Assembly: GCA_964016885.1 (NCBI GenBank)
Contig: OZ024744.1
Location: 40,858,001-40,922,000, forward strand
Origin: Eledone cirrhosa
Taxonomy: Eukaryota
Reading direction: 5' to 3'
Length of the DNA: 64,000 bases
Part shown: piece by piece, positions 24,933-44,701 of the stretch
Position numbering within the stretch: the first letter of the stretch is position 1
How the letters are laid out: each line of letters opens with the position of its first letter
Position numbers and translations under genes: made by a program
The notes under the pieces: model-generated
Database searches by the model: none
Seen by the model: the letters and a program-made list of their open reading frames with translations, nothing else
Told to the model about the DNA's origin: nothing

Positions 24933-27900
24933 TCATCATCATCATCGTTTAACATCCATCTTCCACGCTAGCATAGGTTAGACGGGAGTTGAGCCACTTG
25001 AAGCAAGGTTGGTCGAGTGACCGTGTCTCGCTCATATAGGACTACCTTGCAGGCTTTCTACGGCTGGATGCCCTTCCTAACACAACCACATTTACAGTGT
25101 GGAACTGGGAACTTTTTTACTGTGTTACCTACACGGCCACATTACAGCTTGGACTGAGTAGTTTTTTTTTTGTTTTTTTTTGTCATGAAATCTACACGAT
25201 CTCGATCTCATTATCTCATTTATTTGGACTGAATGTTGTGGTACCAACTTTACAGAGAGAGGGTGGTGTTGGTGGGAGTGGGAGGATAGGGTAGGGGTAG
25301 TGGATTGGGGGTGTATATTTGGTTAAAAGGTGCCTACTGACTGTAGGTTTCGCTTCGTAGATAGGCAAGGCGGGTCTTCTGTATTACTGGGTAGCGCCAA
25401 AGTACTCGGTCCAGTGACATTGTTCCAGAGAGGTGCCAGTGTGTAAGGTCAGAATTTATCAGATCGTTCCAGGTTTCTCTGGGTATACCTACTCCGTAAC
25501 TACCATCAATTTTGATCGCCCTGCACTTTTTTATGCAGCTATCGTCTTTCATGCGCATCACGTGACCATACGAACGTAGTCTTCTCTTAAGTAAACAGCA
25601 TCTGATCCCTCTTATTCCTAATTTCTCATTTAGTTAATTTATGCTTTGCCGTTCACGTATATTACTATAACACATCCAACGGAGCATGCATGCTTCGTTC
25701 CTTCCAGTCTGCGCAGGTCCTCTGCACGTAATGCCCATGTCTCACTGCCATGTAGCATTGCTGTTCGTATACAGGCATCATACAATCTGCCTTTCATTTT
25801 TAGAGAGAAACCTTTTGTGGCCAACAGCGGTATAAGCTCTCTGAACTTTTTCCATCCCGTTCTGACTCTAGCTACCGTACTTTCAGAACACCCTCCACCA
25901 CTGTTGATTTCGTCACCCAGGTAACGGAGAGTGTCTACTATTTCTATAGAACCATCTGGGAAATAGATGGAGCTAGTATCCTGTGGACACTTACTACATA
26001 TTGCACCTGAGCATTGGCCACATATAAAGTCTACGTTCTTCAATAGTTTACCTGTGATCCCACTACATCTTTTATATACCCATACCTTGAATTTGGGACA
26101 TAAAATGGAATATCTGCCAGCTACTTTCCTACACACTGAGTATGACCATTTTCCTGAGGGCACCTGTGCCCTATTTTCCTTTCTTCAAACTAGAACTTTA
26201 GTCTTAGACAAGTTAACTTTAAGGCCTTTTGATTCAAGGCAATGTTTCCATGTTTGGTATTTCTTCTCTAGTTCAGCCATAGATTCAGCTATGAGCGTTA
26301 GATCATCTGCGTATAGGAGTTCCCATGGGCAGCCGGTGTTAAACTCCTCTGTTATAGCCTGAAGGGCAATAATAAATAGGATGGGGCTAAGGACTGAGCC
26401 CTGATGAACGCCAACTTTTATACTAAATTCTTCACAATATTCAGTGTTAATTCTAACCTTACTGACTGTTTCATTATACATAGCTTGTATAGCTCTCACA
26501 AGCCATTCATCTACACCTACTTTTCTAAGAGCCCACCAGATAATGGAGCGAGGGACTCTGTCAAAGGCTTCTCCAGGTCTACAAAAGCTAAGTAGAGGGG
26601 GCTTACTTTTAGCTAGGTACTTTTCTTGTAGTTGTACAAGGAAAAGAGCGCCTGTGGTACTTTTGCCTGACACAAACCCAAACTGCATTTCATCTAGATC
26701 AATTCGCTCCCTGATTAGTTGCCCTATAACTCTTTCTGTGACCTTCATGACCTGGTCAACTAACTTAATGCCTCTATAGTTTCCCCTATCTAGAGCATTC
26801 CCTTTACCCTTGTAGCAGTTAATGATGATGCTGCTACGCCAGTCTTTCGGTATGACCCCATTCTGTATTACTTGGTTAACTATACCAGATGCCTTCAACA
26901 TCTCAGCAGGCCCAGCTGCCTTTCCTGTCTTCATATCTTTGATTAACTTACTTATTATACTACCTTTAAATTGCACTGCTTCTATTGGATCGATTTGGGG
27001 CAGACATTTTCCCATTTATTGTCCTCATTTAATAGTCTCTTGTAGTGACACTTCCAAGCTACCTTCTTATCAGTATCAGTTAAGGTAAGTACACCGTTAT
27101 CATTACAGACACACTTCTCCTCAACAATATCACGGTTTTCCTTGACACATTGTCTAGCAATCCTGTACACCTCACGTTTTTGATCCTCAGGTTGTAGAAC
27201 ATGCTTGAACTTTCTAACCTCTGCTTCCCTTTTTGCAAGGTACACTTGTCTCCTAGCTTCTCTCCTGGCCACATGATAATTCTCTCTACTTCCCCCATCC
27301 TGCCATACTTTCCAAGCCTGCTTTTTGGCCTTGGTTGTCTCTTCCACCTTACTGTTCCACCACCAAGTTACTCTCCTCCTGCCAATATGTCTGCTCCAGC
27401 CACATATTTCATCCGTTGCTTTCAGCAGGTTTACTTTCAAGAATTGCCACTGTTCCTCTATATCGCACGTCTCTAATTGCTCTTCCTTATTGTCAAAGAC
27501 ATCAAGTAATATGCTTTTAAATTTGTCACTGGCTATGGGGTCCTTCAACTTCCATATTTTTCTCCTCAAGGTAGGCCTCCTCTGTCGTTGAGTACGTCTC
27601 TTTCTGACTATGAGGTCACTAACTACTAGGCTATGTTGGGAGGTGCATTCTTCACGGGGGAAGGATTTAGTGTTTACAACAGACAATTTGTTTCGTCTTC
27701 TAGTAAGGATATAATCTATCTGGCTGGCGTGTTCCCCTGATCTATAGGTGATCAAGTGGTTATCACGTTTTTTGAAGTTTGTGTTACAGATAGTTAGTCT
27801 ATTTGCGTAACAGAATTCCAGGATTCTGAAGCCTTCCTCATTTCTATTTCAAACGCCATAGCCTCCATGGATTCCATCATAGCCATGTTGTCCAACGTGA

Positions 27901-28400
27901 CCGTTTAGATCGCCAGGAATAATTAGTCACTGTCGGTTATTTTGGAGGTAGTGTGCATTAACATCTCATAGAACCTGTCCTTTATAACGTCAGGTAGACC
28001 AGATTATGGTGCATAAGCGGATATTTTTGTTACAGTAGGTCTATTTAGAACTAGTCTTAGTTTAATTATTCTGTCATTCACTCTATTTACGTCAATTACC
28101 TTATCTACCTATTTTTCAGCTAGCATAATTACTACACCACTCTGTCCGTTGTGATATCCCACCCAGAAAAGTTTATAGCATCGCTTTTACCCATGATGAA
28201 TCTAGCAGACCACCCTCCCCACCTAGTCTCTTGAATACAACAAACATCAACTTCTTTACGTTCAAGCATCTCTACAACCTCATTTGAGCGACCTTTCAAT
28301 GTGCCTACGTTCATGGTAGCAACTCTGAAGTTGGGAGGGTGGGATGGATGGGTTGGAGGGGCAGGGAGGTGTGTGGGAGACGGAATTCTGTTGGTCATCC
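24933..28400 (-). mobile_element. Near full-length disrupted RTE-clade LINE (APE + RT + PHD-like finger)
   Basis: ATMNVGTL, CIQETRW, QIDYIL, NYRGIKL, QFGF, AFDRVPR, YADD; (ATG)n tail. Confidence 0.9.
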
Positions 28401-28729
28401 GTGTTTATCTTTATCTGTGACATTGTCATAAGACAAGTATTTTGCTTACATTCTGAAAATCGACATACAAACTACAAACACACACGCCACTCACACACCA
28501 ACACTCATGCATACAAACACACACACCACTCACACACACAAACATATACACACATATATATATATATTACCGTCAGTACTGATACAAAATCAAAATCATG
28601 TCAGCTGTTGACTTTTCCAGTCCAGTTCATTTTTTATATAATAATAATAATAATAATTGTTTGCTTTACAGCAAAGAGCAACGGCTATCCACCCTCCGTC
28701 CCCATGGGGTCGACAAAACAAAGCACCAC

Positions 28730-29240
28730 TAGTGATGGTGGTGGTGCTGGTGGTGGTCGTGGTGGATGGTGTCAGTGATGGTGATGGTGGTGGATGGCGC
28801 CAGTAATGGTGGTGGTGGTGGCAGTGGCGGTGGTGGTGGATGGTGTCAGTGATGGTGGTGATGGTGGTGGTGGGTATGGTAGAATGATGGTGGCGGGATG
28901 GAGCCAATGATGGTAGGATGATGGTGGTGGCAGTGGCGGTGGTGGTGGATGGTGTCAGTGATGGTGGTGATGGTGGTGGTGGGTATGGTAGGATGATGGT
29001 GGTGGGATGGAGCCAGTGATAGTGGTGGTGGTGGCGGATGGTGTCAGTGATGGTGGTGGCAGTTGTTGTTGTTGCTGTTGTTTCAGCTGCTGCCGTTGTT
29101 GTTGTTCATTGCTGTTGCTGTTGCTGTTGTTGTTGTTTTTGTTGCTGCTGCTGCTGCTGCCGTTGTTGGTGTTCATCATTTCACTGATGATGCTGCTGCA
29201 GACAATGGTGTTGTTGCTGTTGTTGTTGTTGTTGTTGTCA
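28730..29240. repeat. Degenerate (GGT/GAT)n and (TGC/TGT)n trinucleotide arrays
   Basis: Seen directly; recurring GGATGGTGTCAGTGATGGTGG subunit. Confidence 0.85.
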
Positions 29241-29539
29241 TTGTAGTCGCTGGGTTGAAATTTTGAAATTCGTTCGCTTCGGGTATGTGATATATACAGA
29301 TACATATATATACATACACATATATATAAATACATACATACACACACATTCAACACAAACAATGGTGTTGTTGCTGTTGTTGTTGTAGCTGTCGCTGTTG
29401 TTGTAGTTGCTGTTGTTGTTGTAGTTGTAGTTGTTGCTGTGTTGCAGTCTGGTCACATCCACTGATATATATATACATATATACACACACATATATATAT
29501 ATATATATACACATACATACATCAAATGAGTTAGTGTTT

Positions 29540-29900
29540 GTCAACAGTCAACAGGTCAGCCAGCTTAGATAGGGTAATGACTTATGTGGTTGTGGTGGGG
29601 AGCGAGTGTAGACGTTATTGTTATTGTGGTGGTGGGGGCAGTGAGATGTACAAGTTCATAGTTCACTTGTCCCGTTTTCTCTCTTTTCAAAATTTGAATT
29701 TATGGCATTTTGCAGTGGCGGACAAGTAAGCGTAAAATGTAAATTTTTAAATAGAAATTGCTCTGGAAGAATATATGGAATATTTTTCTAGCTTCCACAG
29801 CTTTTCTCAGAACGTTTCCCGGCTTCCAATGAGCAAAAATTATTGTTGTATTTTGGTCTTTCAGAATACGAAAATTAATAAAAACTTACCCCCGCGAAAA
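29540..29900 (+). repeat. Unclassified interspersed repeat, second copy at ~50960-51290
   Basis: Shared CAACAGGTCA...GTGAGATGTA...TTTCAGAATAC.AAAATTAAT.AAAA.CTTACCCC. Confidence 0.7.
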
Positions 29901-30114
29901 AAAAATATATATGGCCTCAGCCGGATGGCTGAAACAGGTAAAAGAGATATGTACACACACATACATACATACATATTCCATTGCTTAAATACATATATAT
30001 CTACATATATATATAATCTTCATCATCACCGTTTTACGTCCGTTCTTCCACGCTTTCATGGGTTAGAGGAGTTGTTATATTGTGGGCAATGCCAGGTCAG
30101 GTGACCATGTCTTG

Positions 30115-30150
<36 letters not shown>

Positions 30151-30151
<1 letters not shown>

Positions 30152-30251
30152 TTATACTTTGGGAGGGTCATGTTGCCAATAAGAAACACACACACCAGTA
30201 GCTTTCACTTATGTGTTTCTTATTGGCAACATGACCCTCCCAAAGTATAAC
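30151..30251. repeat. Fold-back of a Penelope pLTR tail, 40-bp perfect arms
   Basis: Arms 30151-30190 and 30212-30251; sequence matches the terminus of the element at 2885-2945. Confidence 0.9.
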
Positions 30252-30639
30252 AATATCGGTTTCAACACACGATTTCAGATAAAGAATCTTGCTAAACAAA
30301 TTCAGAAACGAAATATATATATATCATTCTGTCAATCCATGTTCTCTCAACTCTGAAAAAAATGAAAGTAAAAGTTTACTTTGGCATGAATGCAATTATG
30401 CCCACATATTTGCAGACTAAAAGAATTAGAAAGATTTCGCTTAGGTTTAACCCTTTAGCATTTAAACTGGGCGTATCCGGCCAGAATTCTCTCACCTCTT
30501 TCTGTTCAAACTGGCTGTAACTGGCCACTCATTCTGATGTTAAGGTATTGTTCTTAAAATAAATAATATCAAAATCTCATAGATTCGATATTATGTTCGA
30601 TAAAGCGTTCACCGTGAAAATATAATAGTAAATATAGAG

Positions 30640-30980
30640 TAATGTAAATGCTAAAGCATTGAAGATATATATATTGGACCTTTGTCAGTTTTGATGATGA
30701 GTAGTCCAGCTATCTGAACAATGGAATAGCCTCCTTGTGAAATTAATGTATAAATGGCTGAGCATTCTACTGATATATGTGTCCTCAACGTAGTTCTCAG
30801 TGAAATTCTGCATGACATAGTGTGATTAGGCTGGCCTTTTGAATTACAGGTACATTTCATTTTTATTAGCTGAGTGAAATAGAATATCTTCAAATAAAGT
30901 GTCTTGCTCAAGGAAACAATGCACCCCTAGGGATCAAACTTATGATCATAAGCTGAAGACTCTAGCCACTAAGCCACATA
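30640..30980 (-). mobile_element. tRNA-derived SINE (second family), another copy at ~31930-32080
   Basis: Minus-strand TGGCTTAGTGG head and TGTTTCCTTGAGCAAGACACTTTATTT core. Confidence 0.75.
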
Positions 30981-32779
30981 CTTTTATTTTTTCGCCTACA
31001 AAAATATGTTTACCAAAGTTGACTATTTATTTTCATTCAAACTATTTAGTATAAATGATAAAGAACCTATAAACTATTGATTTATTTCGTCGACATATTG
31101 TTAACTAGAATTAACAATGAAAGATTTTGAAATTTTCTCTTAAAGTTTATTTAAGGACTAAATGAATGGTTTCCAACCAACAACAATGTTTCTGAATTCA
31201 TTCTTCAACAGCACAAATCTTCCTTTGCATGGTTTTCTTCATGGAGAATGCATTCAGTAAAAGGTGAAAGATGTTTATATAAATCATAAACAACTACAAA
31301 GAATGCTTCTAATGTTAAAAAAAGAAAAAATTCCTAAAGAATTAATTTTCATTTGAACAATTTAGAATACAATTTCTAAACTATTGATTTCTAATGTTGA
31401 AACAAGACAAGAGCAAACATATTTGTTGTGGAGGTGTTTATTCGATTGAACCACCTCCAATTACTAATTTAATTATGAATCAAATGAAGAAGAAGACTAC
31501 ACAGTCTTTCAATCCAATGTGCTTGAAATGGTTGCTAAATGTCTCACAAATCACATACTGTTGTCTTAAAAGGAAAGAACATTAGATATTATAGTCATAT
31601 ATATGGTTGAGTGTGTGTATATATACATGTATACACACACAAACTCTCTCTCTCTCACACAGATATATATATTTATATATTTGATATCATCATCATCATC
31701 ATCATCACTGTTTTACGTCCATTTTTCCACGCTAGCATGGGTTAGACGGGTTGTCCTGTTGTGGGCAGTAGCCGGTCAGCTGGCCTTGTCCCGCTCATAC
31801 AAGAACTGATTCTGGCTTGATTTATACAGCTGGATGCCCTTCCTAACACCAACCTCATTTACAGTGAGTGCTGGGTGCTTTTTTGCTGTGGCACCTACAT
31901 GACCACTTTGCACTGGAATGATAGGGACTGGGGTCCCTATCATCTCATTTCTACAGCTGAGTAAACTGGAGCAATGTGAAATAAAGTGTCTTGCTCAAGG
32001 AAACAACACATCACCTGTTCCGAGAATTGAACTCACAACCTTTTGATTGCAAGGCCAATGCTCTAACCACTAAGCCATGTAAAAAATATATATGGAGTTA
32101 AACCAAAGAAACTAAATAATATATAATATTTTTAGATACAATATGTTAATATCATTATAGATAGAAATAGAAATATAGAAGAGAGGTTGTTTTAAGAATA
32201 GAAGCGATTAGGGACATAAAATTACACAGAGCATATTAAAGCCAAATGAGATGACAGAGTAGGTTTCTTCTTCTTTTTCATCCACTTATTCCTGAGAGTG
32301 GTGTGTAGGCAGAGTCCTCAAATACTCCTTCCAGCAGCTCCTGACAGAAGCATCCATCTCCAACTGATCTGGCTGGTTCTCCAAGTGAGACCAGCCAAGC
32401 TGGTATCTTCCGGAAGTTGTTGGCTACTTTCCAGAGCCTTACAAAAACTTGTTGAGGGTTGGGTCAATAGTTCACAAAAATCTTCTTGTCAGTGTTTCTT
32501 GTAATCAGTTTTCTCTGTCGAGGTGTGAACCGTCTTTAACTCTTTATTGGTGCATTACCACCTTTTGAGGTAGCTGTGCTATGATTGCATCTCACAATAC
32601 TCAAACAAAACTAAGTATATAAGTATTATACATCATAGATATTTTGTATATTGATGTCTTTACACATATATTATGAATTAAGCAATGTTAGTGCCACTGT
32701 TTATTAATACTAGCCAGTCAAGCTTGCACTATGTATGTAAATAAGCTTTCAAGTCTTCCAGAGTAAGAAACCAATCAAT

Positions 32780-32965
32780 TGTTTCTTCTTTTGTCACAAG
32801 GCCAGCAAATACTCGGTGTATTACTGGTACTTTATTTTATCGACCCCGTAAGGATGAAAGGCAAAGTTAACCTCGGCGGAATTTAAACTCAGACCATAAA
32901 GGGCTGTAACTCTTTGCTACAAAGCATGGCGTTAGACCCTCTACTGATACTGACAATCCACCACA
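32780..32965 (-). mobile_element. tRNA-derived SINE (family of 10005)
   Basis: TCGACCCCGTAAGGATGAAAGGCAAAGTTAACCTC core. Confidence 0.85.
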
Positions 32966-33199
32966 AAGAAACCAATTAATTAATGTCAATAAGATATAAG
33001 AAGACTTTTATTCAAAGACGTTAACTCTTAATACCCTGTACCGCATGAAACCACATTAGCAACATATTCTTGAAAAGTCCAAAACAACATTGACTGTTTC
33101 CCATTAAAAAATGAAAGACTTTCCTCAAAGAAGGTAACTTTTCACAGTGTTCTCTCCCTTACTAAAGATAAACACATTTGTATTAAATCTTAATGGCCT

Positions 33200-35357
<2,158 letters not shown>

Positions 35358-35443
35358 AGTTCTATTTAAATTGTTGGGATACAACAAGCAAATACTTTTA
35401 TAACTGATATAAAGCACTCAACAAATTATCGGAGTAAAAATAC

Positions 35444-36305
35444 GATATATTAACAAATGGAAACTATATTTATAAAACCATATTTATTTCATTATACATA
35501 TTTCAAGGACACCAAATTAAATTATGGTGTGCTTTCATCAGATAAAATATAATATAGATAAGTTTTATAAATAAATATTGACATACCCTTAAAGAATGCA
35601 ACCATTGCTGTTGGAAGCTCCCGGATAGTGGAGTTGTAGCTTTAATTATATTATTAGTATTGGATATTTTTATTTTTAAAATAAGCCGTTGGGTTACGGA
35701 GAAATAAAAAGATAGGTATGTATATATATGTATATATATAATTATATATATCTGTATGTATATGTATGTGTGTATATAATTGTATTTTATATGCTTCTGT
35801 TGTATTTGTGTGTGTGTGTGTGTGTGTATATATATGTAACGGAATAATATGTGTGGTTGTAACGATAAGTGGATGGATGGATATAACTGCTGGTATGGTG
35901 GTTTCGATGTAAAGAAAAATACCAGGATTGTGTTGTTACAAAGTTTATTCTATTATAATATGCAATTTGAATATTGAATGATAAAATCAATGACACAAAA
36001 TATTCATACAATAATTTGGTGGCTCTTCGAGCCACGTAAATTCAAGTATCACAGAATACGATTATAATATGTGTAAACAGAAATGAATGGTGCGTGTACA
36101 AATGCTGGACTCACTATGAATGCGTGTGTGTGGCGTATCAGTATATTTACTTATTTGTATTGCATGAGTCAGCGATCAGCCAGGAAGGTGAGAATAAGTG
36201 GCAGACTGGTTTTTCTGTCAGGCGTAAACACTTCTGACCTGTGTTTAGCCTCTCCCAAGGGGTTGGTATCTTGAGCGGAAACAAGTTACCACGGCTTGTC
36301 CCAGA
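35444..36305 (-). mobile_element. Non-coding element with Naiad-like pLTR terminus and HHR (35485-35549)
   Basis: Near-identical to 45778-46836; terminus homologous to 50230-50415. Confidence 0.8.
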
Positions 36306-36566
36306 CCAGCAACCGCTCTGCATAATCATCTCCTGATTATTTACTAGATTTCTATAAGAATATAACATCAATGATCTCAGTAGACAGGTGGGGTAGTTGG
36401 CCTTGATAAGCTTCAACCAAAGCGAAACAAGTCTTGTCGGCTTATCTCCCCTGTTTGCTGAGATCAAAGTGAGTGAATTTGTCACTACTTTAAAACAATA
36501 GCTTACGGTCTTCAAAATGCTTTTAATTAAGCATAAAGTGTATTGCAAAATACATTATATATACAT

Positions 36567-36615
<49 letters not shown>

Positions 36616-36750
36616 TACATACATACACATATACATACACGTACAAATACACATACATATACATACATACATACACACAAATGTATCAACATATCCATAC
36701 ATACACATACACATAAATACACAAACACACACACACACACACACACATGT

Positions 36751-36823
<73 letters not shown>

Positions 36824-36852
36824 GTTATGTAATAAACAACATAAGGCACTTA

Positions 36853-36913
36853 TTTCATTTACCACTGGTTTCTTAAAAGCAAAAAAATGTTGCTTTCAAT
36901 CATCAGAATGAAA
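36853..36913 (-). ncRNA. Type I hammerhead ribozyme
   Basis: Minus strand TTTCATT-CTGATGA-TTGAAAGC..GCTTTTAA-GAAA-CCAGTGG-TA-AATGAAA. Confidence 0.85.
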
Positions 36914-37092
36914 AAATCCTGGCGTATTTATTGACTTTGGATTTTAAAAACAAAAATGCAATCTATATGAAAGTGAGGCTGGAGAAGGAAGAAGGAAGAA
37001 GGAAGAAGGAAGAAGGAAGAAGGAAGAAGGAAAGGAAAAATAAAATAAAAACACACATGCAAACACACACATACACACACAATTATATACAT

Positions 37093-37141
<49 letters not shown>

Positions 37142-37283
37142 CACACATATATACACACACACATGTATACACACGCACACCCACATATATATATGTATAT
37201 ATATACATACACATACATATACACATACATACATACACACATAAATATCAACATATGCATACATACACATACATATATACAAC

Positions 37284-37337
<54 letters not shown>

Positions 37338-37702
37338 TACACATACATAGCCATACACACATACATATACATACATACACACAATCATACGTATATACAC
37401 ACGTACATACATACACGTACATACACACATATATACATGCATACATACGCATGCACAAAAATAGAAATATATACACACCTCTACATACTCACTTGTTTAC
37501 TAGCTGCGGTCATATTCATTCCCGGGAGTCGGGTGGTTAGCTGAACCATAGATGGGGTGGCGTCGATAGTATGGTGCAGAGGGTGCGCAGAGGCTACACA
37601 AACACAAAGGGCATACAATATATATATATATATATAGCGGAGGAGAAAGTACATGAGGTAATTAGAAATGGAAAAAGAGTAATAATAATAATCTATAATT
37701 AA

Positions 37703-37880
37703 TTGTTTCTACTTTTAGGCACAAGGCCAGCAATTATCCAGTGCATTACTGGTACTTTATTTTATCGACCCCGTAAGGATGAAAGGCAAAGTCAACCTCG
37801 GCGGGATTTGAACTCAGATCGTAAAGGGACGTAACTATGCTGGAAAGCATGGCGTCCGACCCTCTACCGATACTGCCAAC
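37703..37880 (-). mobile_element. tRNA-derived SINE (family of 10005)
   Basis: Same core and B-box. Confidence 0.85.
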
Positions 37881-38785
37881 TATAATTAATAGTGTATAAT
37901 AAGGCATGGGGAAGATTACACTATAATAAGGTATAAAAGTAAGAATAAGGTAAAATATAAAGGAGGATAAAAGTGGAAATAATAAAGATAAAAAAATAAA
38001 GATAAAAAAATATATAAAGAAATATAAGCGAATATTTGGAGGGGAAAACACAATGTAAAAAAAACCGATTTTTTCAAATAATAATAAAAAAAAATATAAT
38101 AATTATGGGGGGAGAAAACGGGATAGAGAAATATGATCAAGTGTGATTAGTTGAGAGAATATAAGATGATAATAGTTATGTCAAGTTTATACATCTTAAT
38201 AATAAATAATCTGTGTATCAGAGTTGCAGAACCTTCAATTCACTTACGGGTTCAAGCCACGTGGCATGGTCCATTGTTTATCTGTGCGTTCATGCGCGTT
38301 TGTTTTTGACACCACAGCAGATGCACAAGTTCGTAAATTCCAATGCAGATAGAAATCTATTTTTGCTCACCCGGACATTGACGGAGGATCCAATATCCCT
38401 AGTTCAATATGTGTTTGGTGTTATTTTGGTCGCACAAATCAATCACCTGGTTCAATATTATGGAGTATGGTTTTCTGGTCTTCGTAACAGTGTCAGTGGT
38501 TGTATATCTGGAAATCACAAGGATCACAGTACTCCGGTTTGGTGTGATTATCGATCATCCAGCTATGTTGTTGGTGGTTGGATTCAATTCTATTCGCCCG
38601 AACGTTGAACTTTGGTGTCGATAGGACATTAACGAGGCAGGGTGAGATCGCATCTGTGGTACAAAACGGTACGCAAGGAAATTCTTGGTCTTCGTTTCAT
38701 CCGGGTCCAGCAGTCACGTGCAAGAACCGCTACGTAGTAATTGTGGGGTTAATCGGTCAAGTCAGCAACTGACCGAAAATTCAGG

Positions 38786-39065
38786 CAGGCATGACAGGCA
38801 CATTTAGGTCGGCAGCTTCTTTATGTGTACGTGTGTCCGACACACACAGACATATATTTATATGTATTTCAACTAAAAAAACTCAATTGATTCACCCACT
38901 GGTACTACAATCGGCCAAGACAGCAACTGCCTGACAATTTCCTTAGGAATTCCGACAGGCATGACAGGTATATTTAGGTCAGCAGCTTCTTTATGTGTAC
39001 GTGTGTCCGATACACACAGACACATATGCATATGTATTTCAACTCAAAAAATTCAGTTGATTCCC
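38786..39065. repeat. Tandem duplication, period ~170 bp
   Basis: GGCATGACAGG...CAGCTTCTTTATGTGTACGTGTGTCCGA at ~38788 and ~38958. Confidence 0.8.
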
Positions 39066-39655
39066 CTATTGATATTATATCTGTGTTGCTGGGATGTGCA
39101 TGCTGTGGTGTTCTGGTCGTGCATAGCATTCACTGTGTTTTGCCATTACCTTGGAATGTGATGTTATGGTCATCAATAGTCCGGCAAGCGCATTTCGCTC
39201 TTATATTGCGGAGAATGGTGTTCTGGTCCTCAGTAAGCATTTGGGTCAGCAGGAGAGGTGGTGGTTCTCAGTTTCAACTTCGACAATACATGTGTTACTC
39301 TGCATATTATGCTCCTCTCCTATAATACCCTCTATAAGGGTATTATAGGAGGAATTCGTGCCACACACCACATATAGAGAGAATTTCTACAGAAAAGTAT
39401 ACATACATATACACATACATACACAGATCATACACTTACACATACACATACACACTCATACTCATACATACATATATTCACATACATGTCACATATACAC
39501 ATACACACAATATAATACGCATGCATACAATATACATATATATATATACATACAATATACGTGCATACAATGCACGCACACATGCGTGCATGCATGCACA
39601 CACGCACACCCACACATATGTCTGCGTGTGTGTGCGTGTGAGAGAGAAAAGGAGA

Positions 39656-39693
<38 letters not shown>

Positions 39694-39699
39694 GCGCAA

Positions 39700-42867
<3,168 letters not shown>

Positions 42868-43182
42868 CACACACATACATACATAGCCATACAATTATAC
42901 ACATGCATATACATACATATCATAAACGCACAACCAAATACAAACACACACATATATATATATATATGTGTGTAAAACTCATTCTTAGATAATTCATATG
43001 AATCTTATTTAACTCTAAAATAAAGATATATATATATATAGGATTGAAAGCATAATTTTTTGCTTTTAAGAAACCACTGGTAAATGGAATAATTGCCTTA
43101 TGTTGTTTATTACATAACTATTAAGCTCTGTTACCTACATAGAGCACTCTTTTTTTCTGGACTTTTCCGACGGAATTACTTC

Positions 43183-43227
<45 letters not shown>

Positions 43228-43332
43228 CACATACATACATACTTACAACCCCATATATACCTACACACACATATATACATACAAATACGTATGCATACGT
43301 ACATACACACACACACATATACGTATATAACT

Positions 43333-43394
<62 letters not shown>

Positions 43395-43668
43395 AACAAC
43401 AAATATTATAAAATAAATATTGAATATATAAAAATAAAAATAAAAATAAAAATAAAAATATAAATAAAAATAAAAATGAAAATAAAAAGTTTGGAATACG
43501 ATAAATAATAAATAAAAAATATATTTAGAAAAGTGTATAAATGCTTATAGCAGATTTAGAGCACTCAACAGATTCCTGGGGTAAAAGATCAATGAAAATA
43601 ATCATTAAATCACTATATGTAATGATGCATATACATACACCCTTATGCATATATATATGTATATATAT

Positions 43669-43723
<55 letters not shown>

Positions 43724-43794
43724 CAGATGCACACACACACACACACACACACACAAAACACAACCACAGAAATACACACACACATACAATTACG

Positions 43795-43892
<98 letters not shown>

Positions 43893-43958
43893 TAGGAAAA
43901 AGTCTGACCCTACGTCAGAGCTCAAGCCTTTTCTGGGGCTATTATATATATAAACACA

Positions 43959-44013
43959 CATTCTGATGATTGAATGCAAAATTTTTTTGCTTTTAAGAAA
44001 CCACTGGTAAATG
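43959..44013 (+). ncRNA. Type I hammerhead ribozyme (3' half repeated at 43042-43090)
   Basis: CATT-CTGATGA-TTGAATGC..GCTTTTAA-GAAA-CCACTGG-TA-AATG. Confidence 0.8.
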
Positions 44014-44514
44014 AAATAATTGACTTATGTTGTTTATTAGATAACTATAAGGCTCTGTTACCTACATAGAGCACTCTTTTTTCCTGGACTTTTCCGACGG
44101 AATTACTTCATTTATATATATATATATATATATACCACTATATATATATATATATATATATACATACACATAATCATACATATATACACACGTACATAAA
44201 CACACATACATACTCACATATATACACGCATACATACGCATACACAAATATAGATATATGTACACACACCTACATACGCACACACACAATTAATTATAAG
44301 AAAAAATATAATAATAAAAATACCGTCACATAAGAATAAAAAATAAATGTAAAAATTATTATAAAGTTGACAGCGATACAGACAACAAATAAATGAACAA
44401 ACACGTGGTAAGCAATACACACAATTGCACATACACATACATAAAAATAAATACATACACACACACACACACATACATATACACATACATACACATACAC
44501 ATACACACACACAA

Positions 44515-44600
<86 letters not shown>

Positions 44601-44630
44601 AGAACAAAAGATGGTTAAAAGTGTTTCATG

Positions 44631-44701
44631 TATTTTATTATGCGCATTTCAAAAACAAATATCATCATGCAATAATATTTGTGTTTTCATCAGATAAAAT
44701 A
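44631..44701 (-). ncRNA. Type I hammerhead ribozyme
   Basis: Minus strand TATTTTAT-CTGATGA-AAACACAAATAT..ATATTTGTTTTT-GAAA-TGCGCA-TA-ATAAAATA; perfect 8-bp stem I and palindromic stem III. Confidence 0.9.

Noticed and set aside
28596-29544. His/Gln/Asn-rich ORFs as transcription factor exons
   Set aside because: They are translations of trinucleotide repeats with no domain or splice context
31205-31300. Possible minus-strand terminal exon (VYDLYKHLSPFTECILHEENHAKEDLCC*) after TTTGTAG
   Set aside because: Short, no recognised homology and no partner exons; cannot be supported without RNA data
39185-39240. Minus-strand CTGAGGA...GAAA-TGCGC as a hammerhead
   Set aside because: No complementary stem I or stem II
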